Shown here: positions 1 to 14,143 of the stretch, piece by piece
How the letters are laid out: each line of letters starts with the position of its first letter
Position numbering within the stretch: position 1 is the first letter of the stretch
Assembly: GCA_964016885.1 (NCBI GenBank)
Contig: OZ024740.1
Location: forward strand, 385,826,001 to 385,890,000
Direction of reading: 5' to 3'
DNA from: Eledone cirrhosa
Taxonomy: Eukaryota
DNA: 64,000 bases
Notes under the pieces: generated by a model
Told to the model about the DNA's origin: nothing
The model's database searches: none
The model's input: the letters and a program-made list of their open reading frames with translations, nothing else
Position numbers and translations under genes: made by a program

Positions 1-110
1 AGGACCCTGATGGTTGAGCTCCGTCCATTTCGACAGTTAGGTCTGAACAATTTGAATCTAGCTGTCGAAACGGCCAACGGCCAGAGCTCAGCCCTCTTTT
101 CAGATGCAGT
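1..110. mobile_element. PLE pseudo-LTR fold-back fragment with two half-hammerheads
   Basis: Imperfect palindrome centred on gacagttag...ctagctgtc. Both strands read stem II-GAAA-stem III (gagctc loop)-UC, as in the pLTR at 29.1 kb. Confidence 0.55.
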
Positions 111-214
111 GCTGAAACAGCCCAAGATAAAACAAATGAGTGATTTAAACTTTCTTCTCTAACTGGTCCTATGTATTAGAAAAATATATATGCATGCGCG
201 GGGTTGCTATAGTA

Positions 215-720
215 ACCATTCTGCTACTTTCTTTTATGACCTATTATTTATTTCTGGCTTTAATCAGCTGATGAAAATGGTTTCCTTAATTCTCTCCCGT
301 ATTCCTTTCACCCGCCTCTATGATGACCTCAATATTTCGGTTGTGGCATCTGTCAATATGTTTTTTGATGGAAGAGGCTCTCATTGTCATGTGCTCTTTG
401 ATCTCTATGTGTAGCAGCCTTCTTATGGTACTTCCAATGTATGAGGAGCTGAATTTTTTGCACATGATCTTATAGACCACATATGCTCTCATGCACACTT
501 CTGCATTGTTGATGGGACTATTAGGAAGTGTGAATATATTGCTATATATGGATTGCTGTCTGTGGAGCAGTCTCCTCAAAGAAGCTCTTGAATGTGCCAG
601 TCATATATTCAGCCTCTCCCTGTGGATGGTTTGTCTACTGGCAGCTGTCATCTTCTCATTGAAATGTAGCAGCTTTAGGTAGCAAATGTTATCCTTAGGG
701 GCAAATGTCCTTGTTCTTTT
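215..720 (-). mobile_element. Degenerate Penelope-like GIY-YIG endonuclease remnant
   Basis: ORF 286..579 contains VVYKIMC...YIGSTIRRL..EIKEH, a GIY-YIG-like motif. Confidence 0.7.
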
Positions 721-3614
721 ATGTGCTACTGCCTCGGCATGGTGTTGTATAAACACTTATAAACATGCACACATGCAATCACATAAACATGGTTTTTGTC
801 AACTAAATTTTCTTAACAGAATATTGGCCAGGTTATGATAAAATATGGCTGACCAAAAGGATAGAACCCAGCTACACAATGCCACAAAACTAACCTCTTA
901 ACCCAGTTGTTCTCAATCTTTTTATACTCAGGATACACTTTAGGTGAAATAGAAATATATTTGCCACACTTTGTACAGGAAGTCAAAAATGGTATTAAAA
1001 ATATATAGCCTGTAGATAGAAATAAATAATTTTAACTGCAGAAAATTAAGAACTGGCTTCTTTATCTATCATCACCATCCTTTAACATCTGTTTCCCTTG
1101 CTAACAAGGGTTTGATGGGTTGTCACAGATTAAGTCTGTTGGTAATCAGGGCCACTGATCTCTCAGATAGGCCAGGAGCTCATCTTGCTTACATATGTCC
1201 CTGCATTCTACAGAGTGTACTGTGCATTTTAGCATGGAGGTTGTCATGTTTTGACACAACTGAAATGTCTTCTCTATCTTTTGTTTGGTAAGTTTTCTAT
1301 GGCTTAATGTACTTACTATCACCAACCATTTTTGAGAGTATACTGGGTCCATTTTTATCATGTCATGAACACTAGAAAGGTCGTAGTGCCTTTGACAGAC
1401 TGAAGAGTCTTTTCAACCCTTTTTGGCATGTTTTTTACTGCTTGATGCCCTTCCTATTACCAACCACCTTAAATGGTGTACTGGATGCATTTTATCAAAG
1501 CACCAGCACTAGGAAGGTTGTCAATCATTGACTCAACTGAAGAGCCATGTCTACCCTATTCAATAAACAAATAATCTTTAACTTGACTTTACTGTATAAT
1601 TAGAATTTCAGTTTGCATTTTTTCACATTTTTTAATATATTTTATGAAATTCATAACACATATGACTATGTCTCATAGCACACAACATCTCGTGTCCTAT
1701 GATGCTCCATTCCTGAACCTCTATCATTGTCAGATAGACATGCTTGCTGTATCCATAATATTTAAAAGTTTTGAGCAAATACCAGTCTGCTCAATATCTA
1801 AAACTAACATTTCATGTATTCTTTCTATCATTTAGACAGGTTGAAAGTAATTTTCTTTACTATTATTCTTACACTCTCGTGACCTGGTTAAAGATTGTTT
1901 TGTTCTTTTTTAATCTTTGACATTGCATAGATATTTTGGAATCTTTTTACCTTTTTCTAATATATTCAGCTTATGAGTTGTTAGAACACTTAAATCTGTC
2001 AGATTAGACTGAATATATAAGTTCTGCCATTTTATTTACTGTTTGTCTGTTTTTGTCATATTTTTGTTGATTTCTTCATGTTTTTTACATGACACAAATA
2101 GTAGTGTGGCAGTCTTATTTACCTTCTGGTATTTAATGTATTCAAATCCTACCACAACTTCCATCACTTCAGACTCAATAAAATAAGCACGATAGATGTA
2201 CAAGATTCAATTAAATAGAATATATTCTGCCACTCTCAATAAATAAATAAATAAATAAGGGCCAAAATAGTTTTGTTTCATTGTGTTTCTGTAAGATTAC
2301 CAAATTGCTATTATTTTGACTGTGCTTTACAGTCTTATATGATTATTCTTTTCTTCTATACTCTTTTCTTATGCATGAAGTATTGATTCCTTACATACAC
2401 ACTAAGCCACAAATTTAGGGAAAGGTATAGTCAGTGATATTGACCCTGGAAGAATGTATGGCAAATTTAACTTTGGTAGGATATGAACTCAGAATGTAAC
2501 AGGCCATAACTAAATACTACAAGACATTTTGTTTGATAATCTAATGGTTCAGACAATCTACTGAGACAAAACTGTTTGCTTTAAATTTTTTCTTATCATC
2601 ATGTCATCACCATTTTATGCCTATTTTCTATGCTTGCATGGGCTAGATGGATGCCACATACTGAGGCTAGACTGCCTGTATGATCCATTTTTGGCTTATT
2701 TTCTATGGCTGAGAGACCTTCCTAATGCCAACCATTTTACAACATAAACTTGGAGTATTTTATCGTGACTCCAGCACAAGATGGACTGAGTGATTTTAGG
2801 CATGGCACCAATATGACCACTTTACAAGGAAGAATGGGTGCTTTTTTATTATAGGACCAGCACTACCATTTTACAGAGTGGATCAGAGTTTTTTGTTATG
2901 GCACCAGAACTACCACTTTACAGAGTGGGCTCAGTGCATTTTTATCATGTCACCAGCACTATCTCATTACAATACTAAGGTGCTCATTGTCCTTGGCCAT
3001 GTTAGAAAGGCATTAATGGAAGTTGGAGAGTAAAATGAGAGTGGGGTTGCGGGCTGCATGTCTAAAAACCCTCCACCTTAATTTAATGTTAGAACTTTTC
3101 CTAAAGTTATGCTCAAAACACCAACTTAATAAAAATAAATATGTCACTAAACCCTTCCAAATTCTTGAATATTTTCAAAATCAGTTGGAAATTATCATCA
3201 GTGACTTCTATTATAAATATGGTAATGAAACAGTTAAGTCTGACATAAATGTAGATGCTAGATGGATTCTGCATCAGTTTCAACAAATCTATATATATAA
3301 AAACCAAAATGCAGGTGATGCATTTCCAGTTTCAATCTGATTTTGTTCAAATTTGATACATAGGTTATTTAGCTTCCAGAGTATATCAACATATAGTTTA
3401 AATCTTTCTCTCCCCTAAAATAACAGAGTTCTGGAGCTATTTAAAGACGGCCATGTTGAGGAGAGAGGGGGGGTCTTTATTTACAGTGGTGAAATGTGAG
3501 CCCAACAACGATGGGTTCTTTTGCTAGTTTATAATAAAATTGTTCATTAAATGGAACTATCTATTTGTTGAATTATAATGTAAGCGGTTGAGTATCCCAT
3601 ACACACTAGTATCA

Positions 3615-3932
3615 TTAACCATTTAGCATTTACATTATATTTCCTATTGTTCAAATCCCGCCGAGGTTAACTTTGCCTTTCATCCTTACGGGGTCAATAA
3701 AATAAAGTACCAGTAATACACTGGAATAATTGCTGGCTTTGTGCCAAAAGTAGAAACAATTATATTTCCTATTGTATTTTAGCAGTAAAGGCTTTATCTT
3801 ACATAATTATCTAACATAATATCGAATCTACAAGATTTTGATGATGTTGAGCAGCCAGTTACGGCCAGTTTAAACAGAAAGAGGTGAGAGAATTATGGCC
3901 AGATATGTCCAGTTTAAATGCTAAATAGTTAA
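3615..3932 (+). mobile_element. piggyBac-type MITE carrying a 5'-truncated SINE
   Basis: TTAA-CC(A/C)TTTAGCATTTA...TAAATGCTAAA..GTTAA ends. The SINE at 3651-3758 is flanked by a 17-bp duplication, attatatttcctattgt. Confidence 0.75.
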
Positions 3933-5309
3933 ATAATTAATCCTTGGGCCAAATCTACCTGACTCAGCATATGACAAGGTTGGCCCTTTGAATTACAGGT
4001 TGTGTCTATATAGTAGGCTTTTGCACAGGTTTATATCTACCCAATTTCACCCTCAAGCATATAACAGAAAACACTTTCTAAAAGTGCCATGCAGTGGAAT
4101 TAAACTAGATTACCAAGCAAACTTTTAAACTATGCAGCCATATTTGGCAACCACAATTTGTTGAACTTAGTATTTGTCAATAGTTTACAGTTTTGTATGA
4201 AAGCATTATTGCTATCATCATCATCATCTTCACCACCATCATCATCATCATCATCTTCACACCACCACCACCACCATCATCAACATCACTATCTGTCAGT
4301 TAAGCTATGTTTTACCTGATTTTTTTCCCCATTCTGACAAGAGTTTTTGTATTTATATTGCTATTAGTTTTTATTTATTCTTATTGTTTATCTGTAAATT
4401 GTTTGGGAAACATTTCAAATTTTAAAAAAAAAATTGTTTTTCCAATGAAGAACCACTTGATAAAAATAATTGATTAACACTACTCAGTGAAGTCTTCTCC
4501 ATCTCATCTGTTATCCATACTATATCTACAGAAGTGGAATATTTCACTGTTTAGTACTACGCCAGCTTTGTTCAAGATTATAGATAGAACTATGTTTAAA
4601 AGTATTCAAATCATGGCCATTTCAACTTTATTATTTTATTCAGGCAGTGTATATCTAGAACTACATTATTGAAGATGTCCTCCCACTTTTTTTTAAGGGT
4701 TGAATCAGATTTGAAGGAGATTTGGCTGCTACTTTTAGCAAGGTGAGCAATCACTTAGAGGCTCCCTTGTTGGTTCATCTGCAAGGAATTCATAGGATAT
4801 ATGATGTTTGCTAATCTGTACTTGATCAGCTTCTTCAGACATTTAGTCTCCGCTTTCATTTCTCAATTTCCAATAATACATTCCTATCAATGTAAAGTAT
4901 TGTTGCCTTCAGGTGTGCTATTTACATATATTCAAAATCACTCCTGTGGATCATTGAATGAGAGTGCTGAAACCCTGTATTAGATTTATAACTTAGTTTA
5001 AACCCAACTTTTACCTATTCATTGTTAGATATCGGTAGATATGTAAGAAAAGGGTAGTGGTAAATGACTGGAAATAGTACTTCTGAAAGTAAAAGGTATT
5101 ATAGATCATCATCATCACCACTATCAACATCATCATCATCATCATCATCATTTGCATGCTGGCATGAATTGGCTGAGTTGTGACAGTTTGAGACTAGACA
5201 AACTGGAAAATTGTGTCTCGCCCATATATGCAATTTTTTTTTTGGGGGGGGGGGGGGGATTATTGTTGTATGCCCTTCCTAACACCAACCTTGAGGATAT
5301 ATCTTAGTG

Positions 5310-5575
5310 TTAGTGCATGGTCTAGTGGTAAGGATGTTGGATTTACAATCATAATGTCATGGGTTTGATTCCTAGGCTGGGCTGTGTTGTGTTATTGAGC
5401 AAAACACTTCATTTCATGTTGCTCCAGTACATTCAGCTGAAAATGAGTACAGCAAGACTGGGGGTTTAACCTTGCAATAGAGTGGTGTCCTATCCAGGGG
5501 AAGTCTTGTACTCTCAGTCGCTTCATGCCATGAAACTGGGATAAGCACCAACCTAACGAGCCATCTGCCTTGAGA
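5310..5575 (+). mobile_element. tRNA-derived CORE-like SINE (old copy)
   Basis: tRNA-like head (tggtctagtggta...ggtttgattcc) followed by ttgagcaaaacacttcatttcatgttgctccagt, as in the copies at 34.5 and 60.5 kb. Confidence 0.6.
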
Positions 5576-6088
5576 CAGACTTTAGATTTTATATTAGATA
5601 ATGTTAATCTACCTCTCAAGTGTTAATAGAAATGAGAAATCTTAAACTACCATAAATGTGAATAGTGTATTCATCTTCAAGGTTTCTGTAGACTGATGAA
5701 TGTTGTTTCCAGTTATGTATGAGAAATGTTTGTTCACTGTAATATATATATATATATATCAGCAGAAAATACACACAGATGGACAGCTGCATCTTTACCT
5801 CATTGGCCACCTTGCTAGTGTACAATTTCACACATTAATGTGGTATTGCACTTGATGTCAGTTTGTGCAATAGATTAGAGAATCAATCTGTTGGTAAGAT
5901 GCATGTGAGACAATAACAAAACAGAGAATGCACAGGAAAATTGTGTATGTCTTTGACAAAATCAAAAACATTACTGCTAGAAATAAATAGACAATGGACT
6001 TTGTATGTAAAATATGCAATATGTTAATGGTGAAAAGAATGAAAAGTTGAAACATATATATGTATGTGTGTATGTATGTGTGTGTGTG

Positions 6089-6134
<46 letters not shown>

Positions 6135-6135
6135 G

Positions 6136-6295
6136 AACAAAGATTTAATATAGAAAAGGTTTCTACGGAACTAGAACTGTTTCAAGAGTGCTAGTCCTGT
6201 AGAAGCCTTTTCTATATTAAATCTTTGTTGTCCTCACTCTTCTAATGTATTGAGTACCTTGTTTACTGTAGTTACTCCTGATTCTACTCGGGATT

Positions 6296-6299
<4 letters not shown>
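6136..6299. mobile_element. PLE-derived mini fold-back element between (TA)n tracts
   Basis: Inverted arms at 6136-6229, then a tail (cactct..gtattgagtac) similar to the pLTR tail at 29175-29205. Confidence 0.6.
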
Positions 6300-6339
<40 letters not shown>

Positions 6340-6372
6340 TTAAGAATTATCAAAGTGCTAGGAGAGTTTGGA

Positions 6373-6586
6373 ATTTGAAAATATGAGAGACCAAAACACA
6401 GAAAAAGATTGTAACAATAGTCAATCACTATAAATATTTGAGAAAATTGGGTAAATTATCTTTAGGCATCTCTATCCACTTTTTCCATCGTAAAGGGCAA
6501 ATTACCCCATTTTCTCAACTATTATTTCTAGTGATTGACTGTTATTACAGTTATTTTCTGTATTTGGGACTCTCACATTTTCAAAT
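6373..6586. repeat. Inverted repeat with about 80-bp arms (fold-back or MITE-like)
   Basis: atttgaaaatatgagagacc...gagaaaattgggtaa is mirrored by ttaccccattttctc...ctctcacattttcaaat. Confidence 0.65.
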
Positions 6587-6975
6587 ATCTATATTTATTT
6601 GCAGTTTCAGTTTCAGTGGTCTTATTCGCGCCAGTCATCAATCTGGTACTTTGTCAATCCTTCGAAGACTAAACTTATTTAGAGGCAGCCTTTGCTCGCC
6701 TCATCGTAGATATATCACTGGCTTGTGAGAATTTTCTTAGGAGCCACAAGTGTCACCCATTGTTCCATCTCCCCTCATAGTTTATCTCTGTTTGTTTGGG
6801 GTTGCTTATTCATCTGGCAGTTGCCTGCTTATATCGCAACTAGCCATCATATCTGGTGGCCGTATCACTATCTGCCACCTGTGACCCATTCTCTAGCAGA
6901 ACAGCACTGCCAAGAAATATTCTATATTTATTTCCAATTATTTCATGATTAAAATATTTTTTTTTATTTTTGCAG

Positions 6976-7266
6976 TAAAAACTGAGATCAGTCTTCCCCC
7001 ACAGACCCAGTCTTTAGTTTTTGGTAGCACAGCAATTCTTCGATGTGGTGTCACGAGTGATCCATCAGTGATTGTGAGATGGCAGTGGATACATGAGAAA
7101 CCCCCAGATAATAAAAGAACTATTGTCAAACCTAGTGATCGACACAGCATTGAGAATGGGACACTGCGTATCAAAAGTGTCAATGGTATTGATGTTGGTA
7201 ATTACACTTGCTTTGTTACCTCCTCGGCAGGCAATGATAGCAGAATGGCTTCTATTACTGTTATGG
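6976..7266 (+). CDS. sdk: Sidekick-like exon: last Ig domain (phase 1-1)
   Basis: tttgcag acceptor and G|gtaagt donor. Encodes LPPQTQSLVFGSTAILRCGVTSDPSV..W..GTLRIKSV...DVGNYTCFVTSSAGNDSRMA; the C..W..DxGxYxC Ig pattern and GNDSRMA resemble Sdk Ig6. Confidence 0.9.
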
Positions 7267-10200
7267 GTAAGTGCAATTTTACTTATTTCCCTTAAACATC
7301 TGCACTACTTTTTAACCTATCGTTAAAATGTCTTCAGTCACATTTTTTACAATTTTTTTTTTCAATGAACATATTCTATATAACAACTTGTGGTGAATTG
7401 GCAGAGTCATTAGAACATCAGATAGAATGCTCTACAGTATTCATTCTGGTTCTCTGTGCTCTCTGAGTTCAAATTCACCAGTCACTTTTGTCTTTCCTCC
7501 TTTTTAGGTTGATAAAAAAAGTACCAATCCAGTACTGAAGTCGATTCTTCCTCTATCTCTCTATCTCACTACCTTCCTCTCTCATTTTTTGGAAGAAATT
7601 GGCTGTGTTTAGACCTGGACAGAGTATAGGCTGTGGCAGATTTAAAATACCACTACAACTCCAGCAACATTCGTACATTCTCAATAAAATCCCAATTTAA
7701 ATCACCTTTGGTTGTTTGTAGGTACTACAGCCAAAGATTGAACTGTCCAATAGCTGTTAATTTCTTTTCTTTTCTATTCTTTTCTTTCCTCTAGCCTTGC
7801 TGGAAATTTTTACTTTTATATAGTTATCTCATTATATGTTCTGTAGAAATTTCAAGTGGAAGTTATTGGATTTGATCTCAGCTTTAATCTATAATGATTT
7901 TGGCTTTATCCTCTTCACTGCCATGTCTCATGAAAATAATAACAACAAAAAATATATATAAATCAAAATAAAACTAAATAAAACTAAAAATACAAAAACG
8001 AAAAGGAAAGTTCTATGATCTTTTCTGGCTGCTTTGAAACCATTTTATGCCAAAAGTATTGCTTTACTTAACAGATTCCAACCATTTTCATTGCTCTTAG
8101 TATACTTTATTGATCTTACGCCAGAAGTGTTCAGCCTGGTCACAGCTATTAGTATTCTTTAAATAGTCTCTTTGCTACTTCTCTTGGACTAATACTCCAT
8201 CATACATCATTGCTATTCAGTTACCTAGATATAAACTAGATGTATCTTAGGAGATTAAGCATCATAAATAATCTACTTTGTGATTAAATTTAGAAGAAAA
8301 TACATGTTGCAATATTAAATTTGAGAAAATAAATTAATTGTTATAGTAATTATTGTTTCTCTCATGTTTTTCTTTTGTTTTTTCTATATATATTCTTTAC
8401 TCAACTTAGAAGAGCTACTCTCTAGATGTTTCGCTTCCAATAACTAATCTGAATAGTGATCTAAAATCAATTTTAACTGTATAAAACTTATCTAGTTTTC
8501 TCTCTCTCTCCTATCAATTTAGTAAAACCTAAAATGGTTATCAACTATCTGTTTCAACCTAGACTAAGATTTATTGGTCATCAATGCAATGCCAGTCTGG
8601 GGCAACAGATATCAAGCTACCAGCTGCAGGAATTGCCATTTGTATTCTCAAACTAATGTGAATGCCTCTATGTGATTGCTTAACCTACTAAAAATAGCAG
8701 CCACATCTCCCCCTTCCAAATTATACTGCAGTGTTTTAAATAAAGAATGAACACATTAGATAATATAGTCATATATCCCTAAAAAGAAAGCATGGTCATA
8801 GTTCAAGTGCCTCTCTTTGGCAATTTTATCAATAGAGAATGCTATTGTAAAAGATAGGATATAGAAAATGCTATCTATGAAAATCATTTTCAAATTTAAA
8901 ATCAAGAAAAAAATGTTTTTTTAGTTAGAATAATGCATAATTTTCATCAGCTATTGTTTTGTTCATATTCTATATTAGGAGAAAATCCCTTACATCTAGA
9001 GATCAGTGGCATACTTTTGATTTCTCACACCCACCCATCCTTCTCCACTCAGGATTTATAACAAAAATGCTTGGAGATCTTTGCCAGTAATATAATACTC
9101 TCTCTCTCACTTTCACTCTCCCTCTCTTTGTCTCACTATTCTCTCTCTCCCTCTCTCTCTCATTGTATGCTTAAAACATTTTACACATATATAGATGAAC
9201 TGTGTATATGCAGTTTAAATAACTATCCACCATACCCTTAAAAATTGTAAGAGATAACTAAATGGGTTAGTGCTAGGGGGTGAACATCAACTGTAAAGCA
9301 CTGCCTCAAAAAGAGAATTAGAGAGAGATATATAAATGAAAAATGAACCCCAGTGGTAGACTGGTACTTTTTTCAACCTTGAAAGGATGAAAGGTAATGT
9401 TTACCTCGGCAGGATTTGAACTCACAGCTGAAATGAATGTTGCTAAGCATTCTAGCTAATGTTCTGATAACTCTGCCAGTTCACCATCTTGCAGCTATGA
9501 AATGTATTTTTTTATAATCTTTCTTTTATCAAAGAAGGACATATTTGTTTTGTTTGTTTTTTTACTTTTTATTTACCTTTTATTCTACTCTAGTTGTGGA
9601 TGCAATATGGCCAAATGGTTAAAAAGTTTGCTTCACAATCATTAGGTCTAAGGTTCAATCCCACTGCAATTGTTAATTACCATAGCCTCTGGTTAATCCA
9701 AGCCTTGAGAGTAAGACTGGGTAGGTGGAAACTGTTTGGAGGCCTGTAGGCTGGACTGTATGTATAATTGAAAGAGCCAGCCTTGTCACACACTGTGTCA
9801 TGCTGAATCTCGGATTGGCAGTATCGTTGGAGTGTCAGACAACATACTTAGCAGCATAGAGTTATGGCCCTTTACATTATGAGTTCAAATCCTGCCGATG
9901 TTAGCTTTGCCTTTCATCCTTACTAGTAATTACACTGGGGTTGATTTAGTCGACTTTCACCTCCTCATCCTGGTTTTATGATACAAAGTTGTTTATTTTA
10001 AAGTGTTTATATTTATCTAAAAACCTTCCATCATAATTTTATGTAAGATCTTTTGTAAAGTTATGCTCCAAACACCAGCATAATAATGAGAAAGTTAGTT
10101 ATATTACTAAATCTCTGAAAATACTTGATTATTTTCAAAATTATTTGAAAATTCTAGGCAGTGTGTTTCATTAGAAATATGGTAATGAATGGGTTAACAG

Positions 10201-11492
10201 ACTATGAACTTCTTGAACAACTTACAAAAGCTACTCACTAGATTTATCAAGCTTTAGTTTGATTTGGAATCACTTTCAAGTTGCTGGGATGTTTAATGGG
10301 ACAGATTTACTTGCTATGTTCAAGCAAATCTATAGAAATGTCCTTATTAGCTTGATTTAAATTAATCATTAAAGTTGATGTATGTACATGTGACCTTACT
10401 AATGTCAGTTACTCAAACATAAACTGATCATCTGGTCTAGCATTCTTTTGTCACTGTCATTGTTGTTTAGCCCCAGGTCAGCTCTGGTTAAGCAGAACTA
10501 TTATCAAAGACACTTCGTGTCATGTTTATTCCATCTCTTTAGAGGAATATAAGACTACATTATCTAATATGTGCTTTCATTTCTCAGGGTGGTAGGATGT
10601 GATTTGAGGGAGATTTGGCTGCTGAAATAGATGTGATAAATTCAATATGGCATATCATTATTTATTTATTAGCACTTTTATAGTTTAGCTTTACCTTGCT
10701 GGAATTAGTTTGCTCTAACTTTTCAGCTCTGATTTCAAATCTTTTCATGATTCACTTAGGATTAACTGCAATCAATGGTAGATGGTCAACTGACTAGAAA
10801 ATAATCAAATCTTGTCAGCTATTGTAACTGATCTGATGAACGTGGAAGTCATTGTCAGCTTGTAACTAATTGTTTCTAACATAGGCACAAAGCCAGAAAT
10901 TGAAGAGCTGCTGGGTTAGTCGATTAAACTTACACATACACTTCACTGGTACTCTGTTAACCTCATTGGGATTTGAACACAGAAACGTAAGTCAGAACAA
11001 ATACCACAAGGTATTTTGTCTGATATTCTAAATATTCTGCTAATCTAAATGCAATGAAACATGTTTGAAAAAAAGCCCTTACACAAATGTATATAACATT
11101 ATATTCACTGCTATTGTCAGTGTACTTTAAAGTCTAAACATCTACTAAAAAGGAAGGGAGCCAATCATCAGGTCAGACCAAAGAAGCTTTTCCATTAGTC
11201 TTTCCATTGCTGATACCATTTACCAGCTGTAACTCTTAGGAGAAGGAGGCATGATTTCAATTCAGGTTGTAGAGAGCTGGAATAGATACGGAAAAGCATT
11301 CCATCTAGCTCTTTAACAAGTCTGCTATACAACTGCTCCTGGACTGGTACTTATTTATTAACCCCAGAAAAATGAAAGGCAAAGTTGACTTTGATGGGAT
11401 TTGAACTCAGAGTATAGAGATCCAAAATAAATACTGAAGCATTTAATCTAATAATTTAATGACTGCCAATTTGTCACTATTTATTAGGAAAT

Positions 11493-11680
11493 CGGTGGAT
11501 TAGCAGTATCGGTAGAGGGTCTGACGCCATGCTTTGCAGCAAAGAGTTACAGCCCTTTGTGGTCTGAGTTCAAATCCCACCGAGGTTAACTTTGCCTTTC
11601 ATCCTTATGGGGCTGATAAAATATAGTACCAGTAAAGTACTGGATAATTGCTGGCCTTGTGCCACAAGTAGAAACAACTA
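11493..11680 (+). mobile_element. tRNA-derived SINE with a Nin/Deu-like domain (full length); older or partial copies near 7.4, 9.4, 9.8, 11.4 and 12.7 kb
   Basis: Head with a gagttcaaatcc B box, core ctttgcctttcatccttacggggtcgataaaataaagtacc, tail ggccttgtgccaaaagtagaaacaa. Confidence 0.8.
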
Positions 11681-12501
11681 TTTATTAGGATATTCTTAAA
11701 CAGAATTATTTTGCTATGAGGAAAAGGAAAAGTGTCAGAAAAAGATGAAATATTTACTGAAAATATTCAGTAGTGGATTTACTATGAAACTTATGAAATT
11801 AGCAGATACAGTTAATGTTTCATGATCTCTAATCCTAAGGGGAATAACCCTGGCATAACTACAATTTTGTGTCCATTCAACCTCATCCTTTTCCTTGCCA
11901 CCGTTTGTTTCTTCATTTATAATGCATAATCTTAATGAAATTTCGTAGAAATACATTTTCAAAGGTGTAGATTACGATTGTGTACGTAAAATTTAAAAGA
12001 TAAGTTTGTTTTTTTATAACTTGGTTTATTTATTAATTCTTTTTTTCTTTTTTCTTTTTACAATTAGTAGAACATCTGTAACATTTTCTTGGTTAATATT
12101 ATTCATTATAAACATAAAATTGCTCATTATCAATATAAAATTTCTCAACATCAACATGAAATTGAAAGGCATGATGAACACAATTCAGATATTACATTTA
12201 TGAAAGCATTAACAAACGGAATTATACCATAATGAATGTATTTAGATAAATTAAATTAATTAAAATTCATCAACATATTCATTTGAAATGGAAAATGCAT
12301 GACCGCAAAATTCCATCTGTAGTTAAGTGGTTAAGGCGTTCGCTTGGCAACCATTTGTGACTGGTTTCAGTCCCGTTGCATGGTAATTTGGGCAAGTGTC
12401 TTTTGCTATGGCTTTGGGTTGACCAATGCCGTGTGGGTGGAATTTTGTAAGACGGAGACTCAGAAGCCTGTCGTGTGTGTATATATATATATATACATAT
12501 A

Positions 12502-12850
12502 CAGTTCACCCCCAGTATTCGCGGGGGTTACGTTCCTAGAGCATGGCGAAGAGTGACAAACCGCGAATATTGAACGTGGTCCATAAAAATGCTTATAAAC
12601 GTCAAAAATATCACGTAAAATATAAGACGGCAAATATATTGTTATTAATAAACTTTGCCTTTCATCCTTACGGGGTCGATAAAATAAAGTACCAGTAATG
12701 TACTGGGTAATTGTGGCCTTGTGCCAAAAGTAGAAACAATTAATAATTTATCGTTAAAAAAATATATATTGCTGAAAAAAACCATAAAAAAATTGCGGAA
12801 GATATTTACGATTCCGCGAATATGTGGTGGTTTCCACGAATAATTATTAG
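12502..12850. mobile_element. pogo/Tigger-like MITE remnant with a nested SINE fragment
   Basis: TA|CAGTTCACCCCCAGTATTCGCGG left end and an inverted ccgcgaata near 12815. The right end is degraded. Confidence 0.45.
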
Positions 12851-13632
12851 TTAGGTTCTGTATATATACATACATGCGTGTGTGTGTGCTTATGTCATGT
12901 AAAATAGCAGTTCGACAAAAGGAGATCAATAACATAAGTACCAGACTTGAAAAAATTGGTACTGGGTTGATATGATAGAATAAATCAAGGCAATGCCCCA
13001 GCATGACCGCAGTCTATTGACTGAAACAAGTAAAAATATAAAAAGACTATTAAAGAGGTTATGAGGAAAACAAAATCGGAGGCGGGGCAGTAAACTGTGT
13101 TTATGCTGGTGGTGTGGGGGACATAATAGTTCAGGCTTCAAACATTTCATTTTTCTTCGACAACAGTTCAACCTAAAAACGTTACACTCCTTTTCCTCAC
13201 TGCAAAATAATTAATTCCAGTTTACAAACTTCATGTACTTTGATATTTGCCGACATAGACTATCATTAGTTTCATTGGATTCTATTTGTTTTCCTTTGAT
13301 ATTTTTTAACTGGCTTTCAATGTCTGTTCAGGCTATTTTTATTTCTCTTTTACGCCTACCATAATCTATTTTATTGATGAACACAATTTATATAACGACG
13401 CTATTCTACAATTTTACCTCTCTTTTTTACATGTGGTTGCAGAAATTAATTTCATATCAATATAACAACCAAGAAATATAAAATATAATGTTTGTAATTT
13501 AAAAAAACAAAAATGAATAATTGTTTCTACTTTAGGCACAAGGCCAGCATGAATAATGAACATTTATATAAATGTGATTTGTGTATTGAACCTCTGTCAC
13601 TTCCAACAAGTGTTCCAGTTAATGTTCTAGCC

Positions 13633-13969
13633 CAGAGGTTCTCAAACTTTTTGGGACAATGCCCCTTCGTGGTCGCGTAATACCCTCACCCCACTTCCAC
13701 CAGAGATACCTACCTACACGCAAATTGTAAATAATATATACCAGAAAAAAAATCGTTAATTTGTATATAATAAATAATATAATATATACTATGTATAAAT
13801 AAATATTATATATATTTTTTTCTTTTACTATATTATATAAAATATATATCATTTGATATTTAATATACTATTATATCATCTCAAACCCCCCACCCCCTTT
13901 AGGCTCCAGTGCCCCCTGGACCATCTCAGCGCTTGCCGGGGGTAATAGGTCCCACTTTGAGAACCTCTG
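13633..13969. mobile_element. hAT (Charlie-type) MITE
   Basis: Perfect 14-bp TIRs (CAGAGGTTCTCAAA / TTTGAGAACCTCTG) and an 8-bp TSD, TTCTAGCC, on both sides. Confidence 0.85.
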
Positions 13970-14143
13970 TTCTAGCCTATGACATTCGAGAAATTTCGAG
14001 AAGCTGGACTGCTGACAACGAAACTCTTGTCGTTGGCAGCTAGCCTTACTGAGGTGTATGGTGATGCCTGTGAGACTCGGGCGTCGGTTGTTCCAGTGCC
14101 TTAGTCTCGCTATCATCCGTAGAAATGCTGCGAGTGCGTTGGC

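Noticed and set aside
4795-4846. Minus-strand hammerhead-like motif (CUGAAGA plus a 7-bp stem II)
   Set aside because: The G of GAAA is missing and stems I and III are poor. At most a dead relic, so not listed as a feature.
5685-5740. CTGATGA...GAAA on the + strand (CTGATGA also near 268 and 10834)
   Set aside because: No convincing stem I or stem II pairing; expected by chance in AT-rich DNA.
12311-12480. tRNA gene candidates here and at other SINE heads
   Set aside because: The A/B-box-like heads run into SINE bodies and do not form complete cloverleaves.
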